A stretch of DNA of 64,000 nucleotides from Octopus bimaculoides (GCF_001194135.2 NC_068988.1:97191861-97255860); one strand, 5' to 3'. Numbered from the stretch's first letter, positions 1-13,398 are shown. Made by a program: numbers and translations. Notes: a model not told the origin generated them from the sequence alone.

Positions 1-618
1 TTCTATCTAAGATCTGCCGCTCGACTTTTCTCCATTTCAGAAAGGGAGCGGAGTATCTCAGTACGGACATTGTCCACGTATTTATGGCTTTAATAATGTT
101 TCTGCCATTTAATTTTGCTTCCAGCATCTTCATGATTCTCCTCTTGTATTCTTCAGTGATTTTCTCTCTCATTTCTTCTTCTACAATCCTTAAAATACTC
201 TAGATATTTGTAACCTTCATTATTCTACAGCGATCGAACGATATTGTCGTGTGGTAACATTACGCCATCAGAGTTTATCTTTCGGCTTCTCTTCATAATT
301 AGTACTGCGCGTTTATTTACTCCAAACTGCATTCCAGTATCTTTACTGAATACTCGCACTGTTTGGACCAAAGAGTCAAGGTCTGTCTCACTTTTTTCTA
401 TATAACTTCAGGTCATCCATATAATGTAGGTTTTTTTTCTCATCTTGGATTTGTTAAACTCATAGGCAGGGTCTCGATTTTCTTAATATACTTGTCAGAA
501 GAATTATTGCTATGACAAAGAGAGAGCGAATCTCTTTAGAAAATGCCCCTGTATATGTTTACATTGCCTGGAGATTCATTTGCACATGTCAGTTCTACTT
601 CCCATGCTCTCATTAGAC
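1..618 (-). mobile_element. Dong/R4-like non-LTR retrotransposon, reverse transcriptase fragment (degenerate)
   Basis: Minus-strand translation with frameshifts and stops: ...NVNIYRGIF*RDSL..LFVIAII... then LHYMDDLKLY..SETDLDSLVQTVRVFSKDTGMQFGVNK. The YMDDLKLY motif and flanks are typical of R4/Dong-clade RT. Confidence 0.85.
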
Positions 619-624
619 TGGCCT

Positions 625-760
625 TTTGAAGTACAGGTACATGTGTGTGGATTAGAGCAATGTTGAATAAAGAGTCGTGCTCAAGGACAAAACGCATTGC
701 CGTGTATCGAACTCACTATCTTGAGCCGAATAAGCTAACCACTGAGCCACGCACCTTCAC
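625..760 (-). mobile_element. tRNA-head SINE (family B), 5' part
   Basis: Reverse complement begins GTGAAGGTGCGTGGCTCAGTGGTTAG...GAGTTCGATAC (A-box/B-box-like). Similar heads at 36619, 45206 and 55869. Confidence 0.75.
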
Positions 761-923
761 GTATAATGTGTGTGTTTGTGTGTGTATACATATATACATA
801 TATGGCATGTTTGCCTAATTACATATCTATAAACTCTATCCAAATACACACTTGTGTGCATACACACACAAACACACACACACACATCAAATTATTGATA
901 TAGCTTATAACCCATCTCTTCCG

Positions 924-957
<34 letters not shown>

Positions 958-1762
958 GTACATTTATATACGTATGTGTGTGTGTATAAGTATGTGTATA
1001 TATACATGTTCGCTCTCCGTCTGTCTTTAATACACACACACACACACGCGCACACATACATACTCTCTGTTTCTCTTACGCATAAATACTTTCGTTTCAC
1101 ACACCAGACAGCTTCACAGTTCTACCAACATGCATGGTTACATGGTTACACAGCCATTCATATTTGAAAGTATTCATCTCTCATCTATTCGAAGCGTCTT
1201 TGCAAAAGAAAGGCTTCCTTCGTCATAGCTGGCAGCTGTTGTTTCAGTGTAGCATACTTCAAAGTGCGTAACAGGCCATATTAAGCGGAGCAAACAGTAA
1301 GATGACACGACCAAAGCAACACTTGGAAAACTGATATAAAAATAATATTTATTATAGCGACAGCAGCGTCTCTATCTTCTCTTTATATGGGATGTATTTA
1401 TCGATGTGTTGTTTATGCATATGGTGATGTGATGCTGATTCTCTCCAGCTATCATTACTGATGCAGTTTTGTAACTGCTGCTGTCTTTCATTTTTAAAAT
1501 TTTTTTGTTGTTGTAAATACATATTTTCAATATATTCTTATAACTCTGTTGGTGGGGAAAGTGCTGTTGGTGATTGTGATGTAGGTGTGTTTATTTATTT
1601 ATTTATTGTTGGGAGATGGTGGAGGGGGTTGTGACGATACGGAAGAGCTTTGGTGTTATTCTTTAGGTTTCTTTTTTAATTATGTTTATGATCCCCTTCT
1701 GGAAAATCAAAGTAATAACAGAAATGATTGCAACAACAACAGCAGCAAGCAACAGTAACAAG

Positions 1763-1763
<1 letters not shown>

Positions 1764-1834
<71 letters not shown>

Positions 1835-1845
1835 TGATGATGATA

Positions 1846-1882
<37 letters not shown>

Positions 1883-1902
1883 CAACAGCAACAACAACAA
1901 TC

Positions 1903-1997
<95 letters not shown>

Positions 1998-2036
1998 TAT
2001 GATGAAGATGATGATGATGATGATGATGATGATAAC
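1764..2036. repeat. Compound (AAT)n/(GAT)n/(AAC)n microsatellite
   Basis: Directly visible. Produces the spurious poly-N/D/I/L ORFs at 1676-2268. Confidence 0.98.
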
Positions 2037-2105
2037 AAACAATGAAAGAAAGCTATGTCTTAATGTAAGCCATCTCAGAAAACTGAAAGATTTTTCTTAT
2101 ATGGA

Positions 2106-2156
<51 letters not shown>

Positions 2157-2979
2157 AGCTTGCCTCAGATGCGCCACCACAGCAACACGTGCGTCAAAAT
2201 ATAAACACAAAGACTGCAATATTTCTAGACGAAAGTTGCCAACCCGTGAGTCAAATTTAAAATTTTAATTCCATATACATCCATACTTGTACAAGACCTC
2301 TCTATGTACGCACATTGCTATTTGTTCTCGGTCCCGCGCTTATACATCAATAATAATAATGAATACGAGAGAAACATCAACACATGTCCGTGGGCGGTGT
2401 TCACTCAAAAAGTAAACGCTGTAAAGATGGACCCATAAGAAAACCAACGAAAAAAAACGTACGATGGACGGATAACCATGAATACTATGAAATGGTTGAC
2501 TTATGATTTAGTCACACTACTGTGCAACACTCCTCCAAAAACATACAAGAATAGCCGCATCCAGTAAACACGCAACAAAATGAACAAAGACCACAACATG
2601 TGCCATAGAAGTCTGAGACTCAATAAAAGAACACAACCTGCGCAGCACAAACAACACATAATACGGAAACTGATACAACAGAAGACTGAAAGCAAACCCC
2701 AGAGCAAATGATGCCATACAATATCCCCCCCCCCNNNNNNNNNNNNNNNNNNNNNNNNNNNNNNNNNNNNNNNNNNNNNNNNNNNNNNNNNNNNNNNNNN
2801 NNNNNNNNNNNNNNNNNNNNNNNNNNNNNNNNNNNNNNNNNNNNNNNNNNNNNNNNNNNNNNNNNNNNNNNNACCTCACCTCACCTCACTCACACCTCAC
2901 CTCACCTCACCACCTCACCTCACCACCTCACCTCACCTCACCTCACCTCACTCACACCTCACCTCACCAGCACAAAGGT

Positions 2980-3588
2980 GCAACAGGTGGTGCAATGCAA
3001 AGCTGCTTGAAACTATCAAATGTTGGAAAAGAATGGCGATGACATTCGTGACCTCAGTTTATGGGAGGCAGGAGTTTACGCAAGAACTCTGATTGTAACA
3101 GCGAAAATGAAGCTGGAGTTTTAAGCGAAGGCCTCTCGCTCGGCAGTGGTCCAGTTAAGATGTAAACTGACAACAGCTGTTATACTAAGACACCATCAGC
3201 AGATAATAGAGAAAGGAGGAGGAAGTGGAATTTGGCATAAATAAATGTGCAATATCAGTCATGAGAAGGGGACAGAAATAGCCTAAATGCTGCAGTGACG
3301 ATAGACATCGAGGAAAACCCGAAAATCCTCGAAGCCTATCAGACCAAACAGGAGAACTGGTCTGGGATGAGCATAGAACTCCTCATACAGACGACACAAA
3401 AGAATGTGGATCTCATCCCGGACCAGATCTTTCTTCTTGGAGGCAGCATTACCAGGAAATCGAAGATTTTCGAGGAAATATCACCAAGAGAATTCTTCAT
3501 CAAGAGAATTCTTGGTGATTTACTTTTGGAAACATCCCAAGCCAACAGGAGAGACGGGCAACTCACCCCTCTAAACAAAACCAAATAA
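2980..3588 (+). mobile_element. Probable ORF1 remnant of an L1/Tx1-like LINE
   Basis: Open frame 3295-3588 ends with TAA 30 bp upstream of the endonuclease ATG at 3619. A Cys/Trp-containing stretch lies near 2985-3040. No diagnostic domain recognised. Confidence 0.4.
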
Positions 3589-3618
3589 GCTTTCCTTTTC
3601 TTTTCTTTTTTCGACAAC

Positions 3619-4050
3619 ATGGTCGTGTACAGAATAGGCAGCGTGAATGTACGTGGCCTGGGGTCGTTTGGAAGCTGGGTCACCTGCCCAACGACCTCAG
3701 GGAATTGAATGTCGACGTGGCGGCCATTAGTGAGACGAGAATTTCCGACTCACGGAACTTTCAACCCATTTTCGGTGACTATGAGGCGTACGCATCTCCA
3801 AGTCGTCCGGGATCGAGCGGCAGAGTCGCCGTGATGGTTCGAGAAAATCTGGGTCTTGCAATACGGACGATCTTCCTGGATCCGGAAGGTTAAGTCGGTG
3901 GTCGGCGGACGTGACAGACTGCGAAGGACATACTTTCAGGCTAGTTGCCGTCTCTGCTCCAACAGGGGCAGGACGACCAGATTTCTTCAGATGTCTGGAA
4001 ACTTTCCTGGGAATGTTTCGCTCTTTTAGATGTAAGGTGGGACTGTGTAA
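3619..4050 (+). mobile_element. L1/Tx1-like LINE ORF2 N-terminus, apurinic-like endonuclease (frameshifted, 3'-truncated)
   Basis: MVVYRIGSVNVRGL...(fs)LPNDLRELNVDVAAISETR..F.DYEAYASP..GSSGRVAVMVR.NL...IFLDPEG...FRLVAVSAP.GAGRPDFFRCLETFL matches EEP/APE motifs (NVRGL, vaaiSET, GvAvm). Confidence 0.85.
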
Positions 4051-4605
4051 GGTTTATTAAAATCCCGCTGCCAAACAATCAGGTCCCTTCCCGCCTCGTC
4101 TTCTAATTCTCTTTCTTCTCTACTTCTTTATCATCATCACATTCAACTGTTTACTCTTTCCTCGCCATCAACATCATTATTATCAACATAATCACCAACA
4201 AACGTCCCCACCAACCGCGAACGTCATCACCGCTGCCGCCACCACCGCCGCAGCTACCAATATCACCAGCACCACTAACACCAGCACCACTACCACCACC
4301 AATGCTATCATCCCACCCATACCACCCCCACCGGCACCAGCAGCAGCAACAACAACAACTGCAACAACAACAAACACATAGAAGCCAAAATGTGAATTGT
4401 TATCGTAGTTTGTAGTTGGAGCTTTCGACTGTTTGCTTGTTTTGTCACATCGTTGTTGTTGTTGTTGCTGCTGTTGCTGTGATTGTCAATGTTGCTTTTT
4501 GTTGTTGTTTTTCTTGTTGCTATATTTAAATAGAATTAACGGGGGGGGGGAAGTTGTATCGAAAATAAGAAAATTACGAAAGCCATTGAAGTGTTTATAT
4601 ATGTT

Positions 4606-4691
<86 letters not shown>

Positions 4692-5500
4692 CGTGCATGT
4701 TTGTATGCTTCTGTGTATGCATGTACGTTTCATACCTGTTTGCATGCGTGTGTGTCTATATGTATGTAAACACGTACACACACACACACACACGTACACA
4801 CACACACGTACGCACGCACACACACACACACACACACACATCCACATACACGCCACGTATAGAAAGTCCTCCATTATAGTGTTTCATTATCCGACTGAAT
4901 GGAGCTGTTGAAAATGATATCTTTTTGCTAACACAACTCGGCTACAGATCATTAATGTTACGCTTCGCTGAACACAGATCAGACCTGGACAAGGAAGGAA
5001 GGAAAACGTGAAGCCAAGCAGGTGACAAAGACTCGTTGCCGTTTGCTAGAATCCTTTACAGGAAGAATCGGTCGCTTTGCTTTGTTGTGTCACTGCAAAA
5101 TAACTGTTCTTCCTTAGAGAGGAAGAACAGTTGTGGAAGATTGTTCTGTCGATACGGTATCGGACGATCAATCGACAGGGTGTCGGTTTCGCGTCCTGGT
5201 AACAGCACTGCGTTGTGTATTTTCACTGATTAAGAGGAAAAAATCCCAAACAAAACAAAACAAAAAGCAAAACGAAAAACATTATATGCATGTATACATG
5301 TATTATTTCATTTATGTATGTAATATCTCATTGATTCAATAAGACATTCAATACTTCATTTCATTTTACTATTTATATTATATATTCCATATTCTATATC
5401 CCACATTAATTTTATAAGAATATAAATAAAACATAAAAAACAGACAGAGTTGGAACTCTTTTAAATAATATATTCCTCTATACACTATCATACAAACCCC

Positions 5501-5531
<31 letters not shown>

Positions 5532-5948
5532 TATATATAGTTCAAATTTACANNNNNNNNNNNNNNNNNNNNNNNNNNNNNNNNNNNNNNNNNNNNNNNN
5601 NNNNNNNNNNNNNNNNNNNNNNNNNNNNNNNNNNNNNNNNNNNNNNNNNNNNNNNNNNNNNNNNNNNNNNNNNNNNNNNNNNNNNNNNNNNNNNNNNNNN
5701 NNNNNNNNNNNNNNNNNNNNNNNNNNNNNNNNNNNNNNNNNNNNNNNNNNNNNNNNNNNNNNNNNNNNNNNNNNNNNNNNNNNNNNNNNNNNNNNNNNNN
5801 NNNNNNNNNNNNNNNNNNNNNNNNNNNNNNNNNNNNNNNNNNNNNNNNNNNNNNNNNNNNNNNNNNNNNNNNNNNNNNNNNNNNNNNNNNNNNNNNNNNN
5901 NNNNNNNNNNNNNNNNNNNNNNNNNNNNNNNNNNNNNNNNNNNNNNNN

Positions 5949-5981
<33 letters not shown>

Positions 5982-6009
5982 GTATGTATGTACACACACA
6001 CACATACAC

Positions 6010-6161
6010 GCCGACCATCCACAGAGTTCCCGTCTATCAAATTCTTTCAGAAAGCATTGGCGTGCCCGGAGCCTAAGTAGAAAACACTTTTCCAGTGAGT
6101 TGCGGAGCGGGATTGAGCTGGGAACCACGTGGTTGCAAAGCTAGTTTCCTAACCACACAGC
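6010..6161 (-). mobile_element. tRNA-head SINE (family C)
   Basis: Reverse complement GCTGTGTGGTTAGGAAACTAGCTTTGCAACCACGTGGTTCCCAGCTCAATCCC... Related copies at 13250, 31600 and 54430. Confidence 0.75.
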
Positions 6162-6749
6162 TTTGCTTAAATTTCGAAAGGTTACCGCTGCGATCGTCAA
6201 AATAGTTTGAACATCCAGTCAGACGTGCCAGATCCTCAGTGGCAAAACAGTTGCGCCCAATCGACTCATTGCAGTTCTTAGTTGGTTTGATTTACTCTAA
6301 GGTCACAGTTGACTGACCAGAATTATGATCGAAATCGTTCAGGCGGCAACATCTCTTTTAGTACTTTTATTCTAATATAGATTTTACTCCAATATAGACT
6401 TTAGAAATGACTCTTAATAATGTTTAGTTGTTATTTCGAGCAAGTTAGACGACCAGGCAGAAGCTTTCTCGTAGTGTTGTTCTCTCTGTTGTGTATCTTT
6501 CACAAAATTTTTGTTTGACGAGCGTTTGTAAGTTATTGAACCGAATTCAGTGGTGGTTGTGGTGGTGGGGGTAGAGGTCAGTGAGTTGAGCTAAAATTGT
6601 TGAAGTGAATGTTGAAGGCTTATTGAGGGCTGAGATTCTGAATCCTGAAGAGGTCAAGTGCTGTGAGGACGCAGTCTTGGAACGTTTTAAATCTGCATTT
6701 GCATCATGTAGTCGCATCCTGCCGTTGTTCTCTAAGCTGCAGCTGTTAG

Positions 6750-6995
6750 AAAGAGAGAAGAAAGAGAAGGAAAAGGGAGAAGGAAAAGAGAAGGAAAAGG
6801 GAGAAGGAAAAGAGAGAAGAAAGAGAAGGAAAACGGAGAAGGAAAAGGGAGAAGGAAAAGGAGAAGAAAGAGAAGGAAAAGGGAGAAGGAAAAGGGAGAA
6901 GGAAAAGGGAGAAGGAAAAGAGAAGGAAAAGGGAGAAGGAAAAGAGAGAAGAAAAAGAAGGAAAAGAGAGAAGGAAAAGAGAAGGAAAAGCAGAG
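6750..6995. repeat. Purine-rich minisatellite (GAAGGAAAAGGGA-like units)
   Basis: Tandem 11-13 bp A/G-only units, directly visible. Confidence 0.9.
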
Positions 6996-7316
6996 ACAGA
7001 TTCAATGCATTAAGAAATGCAACTGCAGCTGCCGTTGCCTCTTTTCTGTTGGTATTTTTGTCTCTCTGTAACTAAATGGATCTTCGTCAGTTTGACGATG
7101 AGTGCTCAGATGTTTGACCCAGGTCACCTATCTGTCCCATATGTCAACGTCTACGTAGCCGTGTGTTCCACAGATACGTGGGAGCTTAATGAAGTTATCA
7201 GACGGAATCAGTGTAAATCACTGTGACATGGAGGGTGAAAAGATCGGATATTTCAATTATAGGTTACGGTCGGTACAAGGGGCTTCCATACAGTTTCCCG
7301 TCGACCCAATTTCAAT

Positions 7317-7384
7317 ATGTCGAACCAAGGCCATGATAAACAGCGTTTGTCCATCATGCCAAAAATCAAAGTCAACAATATGCA
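7317..7384 (+). CDS. Candidate first coding exon of an unidentified host gene (MSNQGHDKQRLSIMPKIKVNNM[H/Q], phase 2)
   Basis: ATG at 7317 has A at -3, with an in-frame TAG upstream at 7260. A second in-frame ATG at 7356 also has A at -3. Consensus donor GTGAGT at 7385-7390. Lies in non-repetitive sequence. No homology recognised and the next exon is not identified. Confidence 0.3.
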
Positions 7385-7479
7385 GTGAGTGCGATCGAAA
7401 CACGTTTCGAACAATTATGAATGAACTAACTGGAAATCAAGAAAGTTTGAATATTCAAATACTTTATTCTCCTTATTAT

Positions 7480-7527
<48 letters not shown>

Positions 7528-7537
7528 NNNNNNNNNN

Positions 7538-7579
<42 letters not shown>

Positions 7580-8192
7580 CATACAAAGATAAATACGGAG
7601 AAAATAGAAATAGATGTGCGATACGTAAAGTCTATAGATTTCCGTAAATATGCATAAGAAAGCAACCATAAATGTGAATATATTAACATGCACACATATG
7701 TATAAAAACACACATACGTGCACACGCACACACACACACGCACACACACGCACACAGACACACGCACACACACATGCACACACACACACGCACTTACGCA
7801 CGCGCGCACATACACACACAAGTAGAAATTTGTGTACAAGAAATTAGAAAAATTAAAAAGAATTAAGAAAAATATCTCTTTATCCAAGAAAATGATTGTA
7901 TCTAAAACGAAGGTCCAGAACTGGAGAAGGCTTTTTGGAAACACTGATGCAATTTGAGAGGGCAGCTGCAGTTGCATATCTTAACATAATGTGCACTGAT
8001 ATTCTCCCCCTTTCTCCTTCACTTTATCTCTCTCTTCCTCTCCCTCTCAAACAGCTGCCTCCCAAAGAGCAGCGCCATAATGCATACTCGAGATGGAACG
8101 CTATTTCAAAGCTGAATGTTAGCGGGAGGAGGAGGAGGAGGAACGTGGAGGACAAGCAATTCGTCAACAACAACAGCAACATCAATAACATC

Positions 8193-8254
<62 letters not shown>

Positions 8255-8536
8255 ATGACATTTTGATACGTGAACAGAATAATCAATTTACACCAGTTAA
8301 CTTAAACAACAATCTGTGTGGGTTGGTTGCAGCAATTAGAATATTATAAAAAAAAATTTATAGAAAACAAGCAGAAATATAAAACCGTTGCATTAACAGC
8401 AGCAGGAACAAGAAAAACAACATGGGTGACAATAATAATAATAATCGCTCATTTGCCACAGGGGCTTATAGATACAATACGAAACCTATCTGCTGATAGG
8501 CTACCAGACGTGTGGGGCTGTATACACGCATACTAG

Positions 8537-8599
<63 letters not shown>

Positions 8600-8601
<2 letters not shown>

Positions 8602-8925
8602 ATATACCAGAGGCAATCTAACACCAATGCACAAAGAAGATTGACTCGGTGCAACAAATGAGGTATTCAGAAAGGCTAGAAGAACTGAGGTTTTACTCCC
8701 AGAGAGACGAGGCGAAATATATGCAAAAGATATATAAATGCTACATCCTGGGTGGCTCAGCTCCCAATTTGGGGATTCAAAGCTATACCAATCACCAAAC
8801 TGAACGCCACTGCATAGAACCCAAGGTGCTGTCCTGTTCATCTAGAATAAGGACCAAGTACTATAACAACTTAGGATTCATGGGCACACAATTTTCAACA
8901 TTCTTCCGAGCTTATTGCAAGTAAG
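8600..8925 (+). mobile_element. CR1/L2-like LINE 3' fragment
   Basis: ORF 8649-8924 MRYSERLEELRFYS...PNLGIQSYTNHQTERHC..PK...SRIRTKYYNNLGF.G.Q resembles the post-RT C-terminus of CR1/L2-type elements (Y.ERL..L.LYSL). Confidence 0.7.
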
Positions 8926-8926
8926 C

Positions 8927-9288
8927 CCTAGTTAGAATTTTCTTCGGGTCGAGTAGCCCATCCCACTCAAAAGGTCTTTGAATAAGGGTTGTTCGAGGAT
9001 GTTGAACGAAATACCCACGTTTCCAGAGGTGAATTATCCAAACCCCAAAGAATTCCTCTCATCACATGGCTATGATGCTCCCCCACTACTTCTGCTCATG
9101 ATCAGAGATGCACATATCGTCAGCCACCAAGGGAAATGTTCAACTGGTTAAAGTCAAACAACTGATAAGCAAATCTATAGTATTGAGCAGATTATTTGCT
9201 GTGGCCCATCTTTTATACCAAGACAAAACAATGTACATGATAACACTTCCAATCAGTTAAGATCAGAAACCATAAGAGCCACTGCCAA
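8927..9288 (-). repeat. Unclassified interspersed repeat, probably SINE-like
   Basis: Complex, moderately GC-rich 360-bp block sharply bounded by a LINE fragment and microsatellites. Recognised only from memory as repeat-like. Single copy in this window. Confidence 0.35.
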
Positions 9289-9337
9289 GATTTCTATAGT
9301 GGGCTAGTTGAGGGGTATGAGTGATGATGGGCGAATG

Positions 9338-9373
<36 letters not shown>

Positions 9374-10062
9374 GGAGTAGTAGTAGTGTTGGTGGTGGTG
9401 GTGGTGGTGTGTTTGTGTATTGATTTGATAACTCTCCTGGGGAAGAGGGGCGATACACATGCTTAGTAACACCAAACGCGCGCGCACGGGCATACACACA
9501 CACACAAACATGCACACACACATACACACACGCACACGCACGCACGCGCGCACACACCCACCCTATCCCCGTCCCGCAACTCATTCTGCCTATATTCTGT
9601 CGAAGACAAACTCTCACCGTTCTGTTTGTTTCATAACTGCCATTGTTATTTATTTCAATTTCAAGGCTACACCAAGACGTGTTGAGGCTTTTCCGGTGAA
9701 GCCTTTGGTCGTAGGTATTTTTATATTAATTTCTCATAATTTGAATGGCAGACAGAAAGAGCCACGAGCAAATGGTGAGTTTAAAGTGAAAATTAATATT
9801 ACCTGTCTATCAATGCTAATGAAATGATAACGGAAAATGGAAAATTCAATGTTATGTTCAGACATAACGGACGTTGAAAAGAACGTTTTCAATTAGAGCC
9901 GCTCCGGACTGAACTGACAAGATTTTAATTGTTGTCACCGAATCGAGAAGTGGTTTATTTTTGACAGATTGAATGAGCTGAGACGGCATTCGCGTTAGTG
10001 TATGCGTGCGCATATGGGTGTGTATATATACACGCACATACATATATACAAGGACAGGCATG

Positions 10063-10134
<72 letters not shown>

Positions 10135-10158
10135 CATATATATATATACATGTATATG

Positions 10159-10189
<31 letters not shown>

Positions 10190-10527
10190 GAACACACATA
10201 TACTCACACACACACATACACATAAACATACATACACACATACATGCTTCCCTGTGCATACATGGGTGTGTGTGTGTTGTAATCAGGCGTACATTTCTGC
10301 AAGTTTATAAAGCGATCGGTTGAAAAGTTTTCCTAACAGGTAATTGTTATCATAGATAGGACATTTCATGAAAATGTTAAGAAAGCTTTCTTAGAAAGGT
10401 GTAAGGCCCAGCCAGAATGTAAGCAATGGCGGAGGAGCCACAGAAAAAATGGTGAAGAAAACACAGTTAAACTTATCATCTACCATTTCTGATATCATCC
10501 GCTCTCTTTCTAATAATCCTTTCTACT

Positions 10528-10728
10528 ATAGGCACAAAACCTGAAATTTTGGGGAGGGAACTAGTCAATTGCGTCGGCTCCAGTGTTTTACTGGTACTTA
10601 ATTTATCGACTCCGAAAGGATGAAAGGCAAAGTCGACCTCGGCGGAATTTGAACTCAGAACGTAGCGACAGGCGAAATACCTCTAAGCATTTCGCTCGGC
10701 GTGCAAACGATTTTGCCAGCTCGCCGCC
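10528..10728 (-). mobile_element. tRNA-head SINE (family A)
   Basis: Reverse complement GGCGGCGAGCTGGCAAAATCGTT...GTTCTGAGTTCAAATTCCGCCGAGGTCGACTTTGCCTTTCATCC. At least 12 copies in the window. Confidence 0.9.
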
Positions 10729-10732
10729 TTCG

Positions 10733-10812
<80 letters not shown>

Positions 10813-10824
10813 TTCATTATAGTG

Positions 10825-11090
10825 CTGGTTTGTTTGCATACTAGTAACATAGCGGTTCGACAAAAGGGCTGATAGAATATGTACGACACTTAAAAATAAA
10901 TCCATGGGTGGATTTGTTCGACTAAAAGCCTTCAAGATGGCACCCCAAAACGAACGCAGTCCAATGACTGAAACAAGCAAACGTTAAAAACAAATAATAA
11001 AAGGAATAAACAAGCCTTGAAATAGGTGCAGCCGCATAAAAGAATAAAAGAATAAAAGAATAAGAGAATAAGAGAATAAAAGAATAGAAG
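10825..11090 (-). mobile_element. SINE-like repeat (family D) with adjacent (AGAATAAA)n tract
   Basis: Reverse complement TTGTTTCAGTCATTGGACTGCG...GGGGTGCCATCTTGAAGG matches the plus-strand copies at 12965 and 53705. Confidence 0.75.
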
Positions 11091-11325
11091 ACATACGAAA
11101 ATAATAACCTAACATACTTTTCTCCATCTTTTAGTTAAGACTCTTTAGCCATGTTTGTTTGTTTCATCATCATCATCATCACGAAATCCACCTCTACTCC
11201 CCCCTCTCTCTCTCTCTCAATATATATGAGTCTGTGTGTCCTGTAGTTTCTAGTCACCTCTTACTTGCTTAGACTACCCTTTATCCACCTCTGCAAAAAT
11301 CAGCATTCCCGCCACCACCACATCT

Positions 11326-11416
<91 letters not shown>

Positions 11417-11582
11417 TAATAATAAAATCTGAGACTCTAAAAGGCCATGATACCTCACAGAAGATTCTTTACATCGTAATGGTTTGCCAATGTTTGTTTT
11501 CTTTGAAATTAGCCAAGAACAAGCGACCGGTGTGTATATATTTATAATGATTTCATGCGTATATATGTTTGTATTCGTACAC

Positions 11583-11621
<39 letters not shown>

Positions 11622-11719
11622 GAGATCTATACACACGCACACACGCGTATGTACTTGTATGGTTTCAGTGTATTTTGTATGCATTTATGTATGTATGCGT
11701 GTATCTGTACCCGTGTGTT

Positions 11720-11785
<66 letters not shown>

Positions 11786-12818
11786 AGTGTGTATATATAC
11801 ATATATTTATGTATGCATATATATGTGCGTGTGTGTGTATATATATATATGTATGTATATTTGTGTAAATTTGTCTGTGTATGTATATGAAAACATGCAT
11901 ACACACACATATACATACATGCATATATGAACACACACATATATATATATGCGTACATATATAAGTGTACGGTGTGTGTGTATGCGTGTGTGTGTGCATG
12001 CTGTCTTTTTGCTATAGAACGTGCCTTGCGGTGCACGTGTGCGTGTGTGTATATAAGAGTTAAGAGACATGTTATTTGGTTGAAGGTTAAGGCACAGGTG
12101 TTTAATCAAATTGACATGGCTTCTAACCCCCAAAAGTGTGATAGTTCGCCCCTCGCCGTACGCCGTCAGCAAATCCAAGCTAGTGGGTCGGACCTCTTAG
12201 AATGTAACACAGAGTATGAAATATACAAAAAAAAAAAGCAGGGAACATTGAAAGGAAAGAAAGGAATGGTGGAATCGTGGAGTAAGTCGTGTGATGGAGC
12301 AGAGACGGCTTTCGTTTTCTTAGCTCTCTTTAATTTCTCGCTTTTCTTTCATGTTTTCTTTTTTTATGTAAGAACACTTAGATTGGAAGGTGATGTCAAC
12401 ATCGTTTTAATACATCAAGTAAAGATTGGAGACAAGCAAAGCTTAAGTTGAACTTTATATCATTACTAAGACTCATATGTACTCATACACATCTATGAAC
12501 ACACGCACACACACAGCCACGTACGTACACAGACGCATATTCATACGCGCTTCATACATACTTTGGCATGCCAACACAATCGACGTGTGAAGTATATCTG
12601 CTGACGTCTACACATAAATAAGCAAGACTTTGTGCACTTAAACATTAACATGTGTGTAAGCACGACTTGTTTGTTTGTGTATGTATATACATGTGTGTGT
12701 ATGTCTGTATGTGTGTGGTGTATGAATATATATGTATATATATATATATGTGTATACATACACATATATACCTGTAGACATACATGATTATATATATGTA
12801 TATGTATATATTTATGTA

Positions 12819-12914
<96 letters not shown>

Positions 12915-12964
12915 TATGTATGTATATATGCCTGTGTGTGATTGCGTCTGTGTGTGTGTGTGTC

Positions 12965-13168
12965 TTTTCCCTTTTACTTGTTCCAACTATCAGACTGCGG
13001 CCATGCTGGGGCACCGCCTTCAAGAATTTTTATCGAACGAATCGACCTCAGTAATTATTATGTTTTTAAAGCCTGCTTTTTATTCTATCGGATTCTTTTG
13101 CCAAACTGCTACATTACAGGGACGTAAATACACGAACACCGGTTGTCCTGCGGTGGTGGGGAACAAAC
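12965..13168 (+). mobile_element. SINE-like repeat (family D)
   Basis: CTTGTTCCAACTATCAGACTGCGGCCATGCTGGGGCACCGCCTTCAAG...CACCGGTTGTCCTGCGGTGGTGGGGAACAAAC followed by (CA)n. Confidence 0.8.
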
Positions 13169-13249
13169 ACAGACACACACACACGCACACACACACACAC
13201 ACACATACACGCACAAATATACACACATGCACACACAAAAAACATGTGT

Positions 13250-13398
13250 TCGACAGGCTTCATTCAGTTTCCGCCTACCAAATCCACCTACCAAGATTTA
13301 GCAGGAAACACTTGCCCAGTGTGTCACGCTGTAGGACTGAACCCAGAACCACGTGGTTAGGAAGCAAACTTGTAACCACACAGCCACTCCTGCGCCTG
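13250..13398 (-). mobile_element. tRNA-head SINE (family C)
   Basis: Reverse complement GGCGCAGGAGTGGCTGTGTGGTTACAAGTTTGCTTCCTAACCACGTGGTTCTGGGTTCAGTCC (A- and B-box-like). Confidence 0.85.

Noticed and set aside
6605-7075. 156-aa K/E/G-rich ORF
   Set aside because: Starts at GTG and its length comes from the A/G-only minisatellite. No recognisable domain or splice support.
7189-7647. ORF with CPSC...CSEC, suggesting a zinc ribbon
   Set aside because: Runs into (CT)n, a gap and (TA)n, and no family was recognised. The overlapping frame with a clean ATG and donor (7317-7384) explains the region better, though neither is proven.
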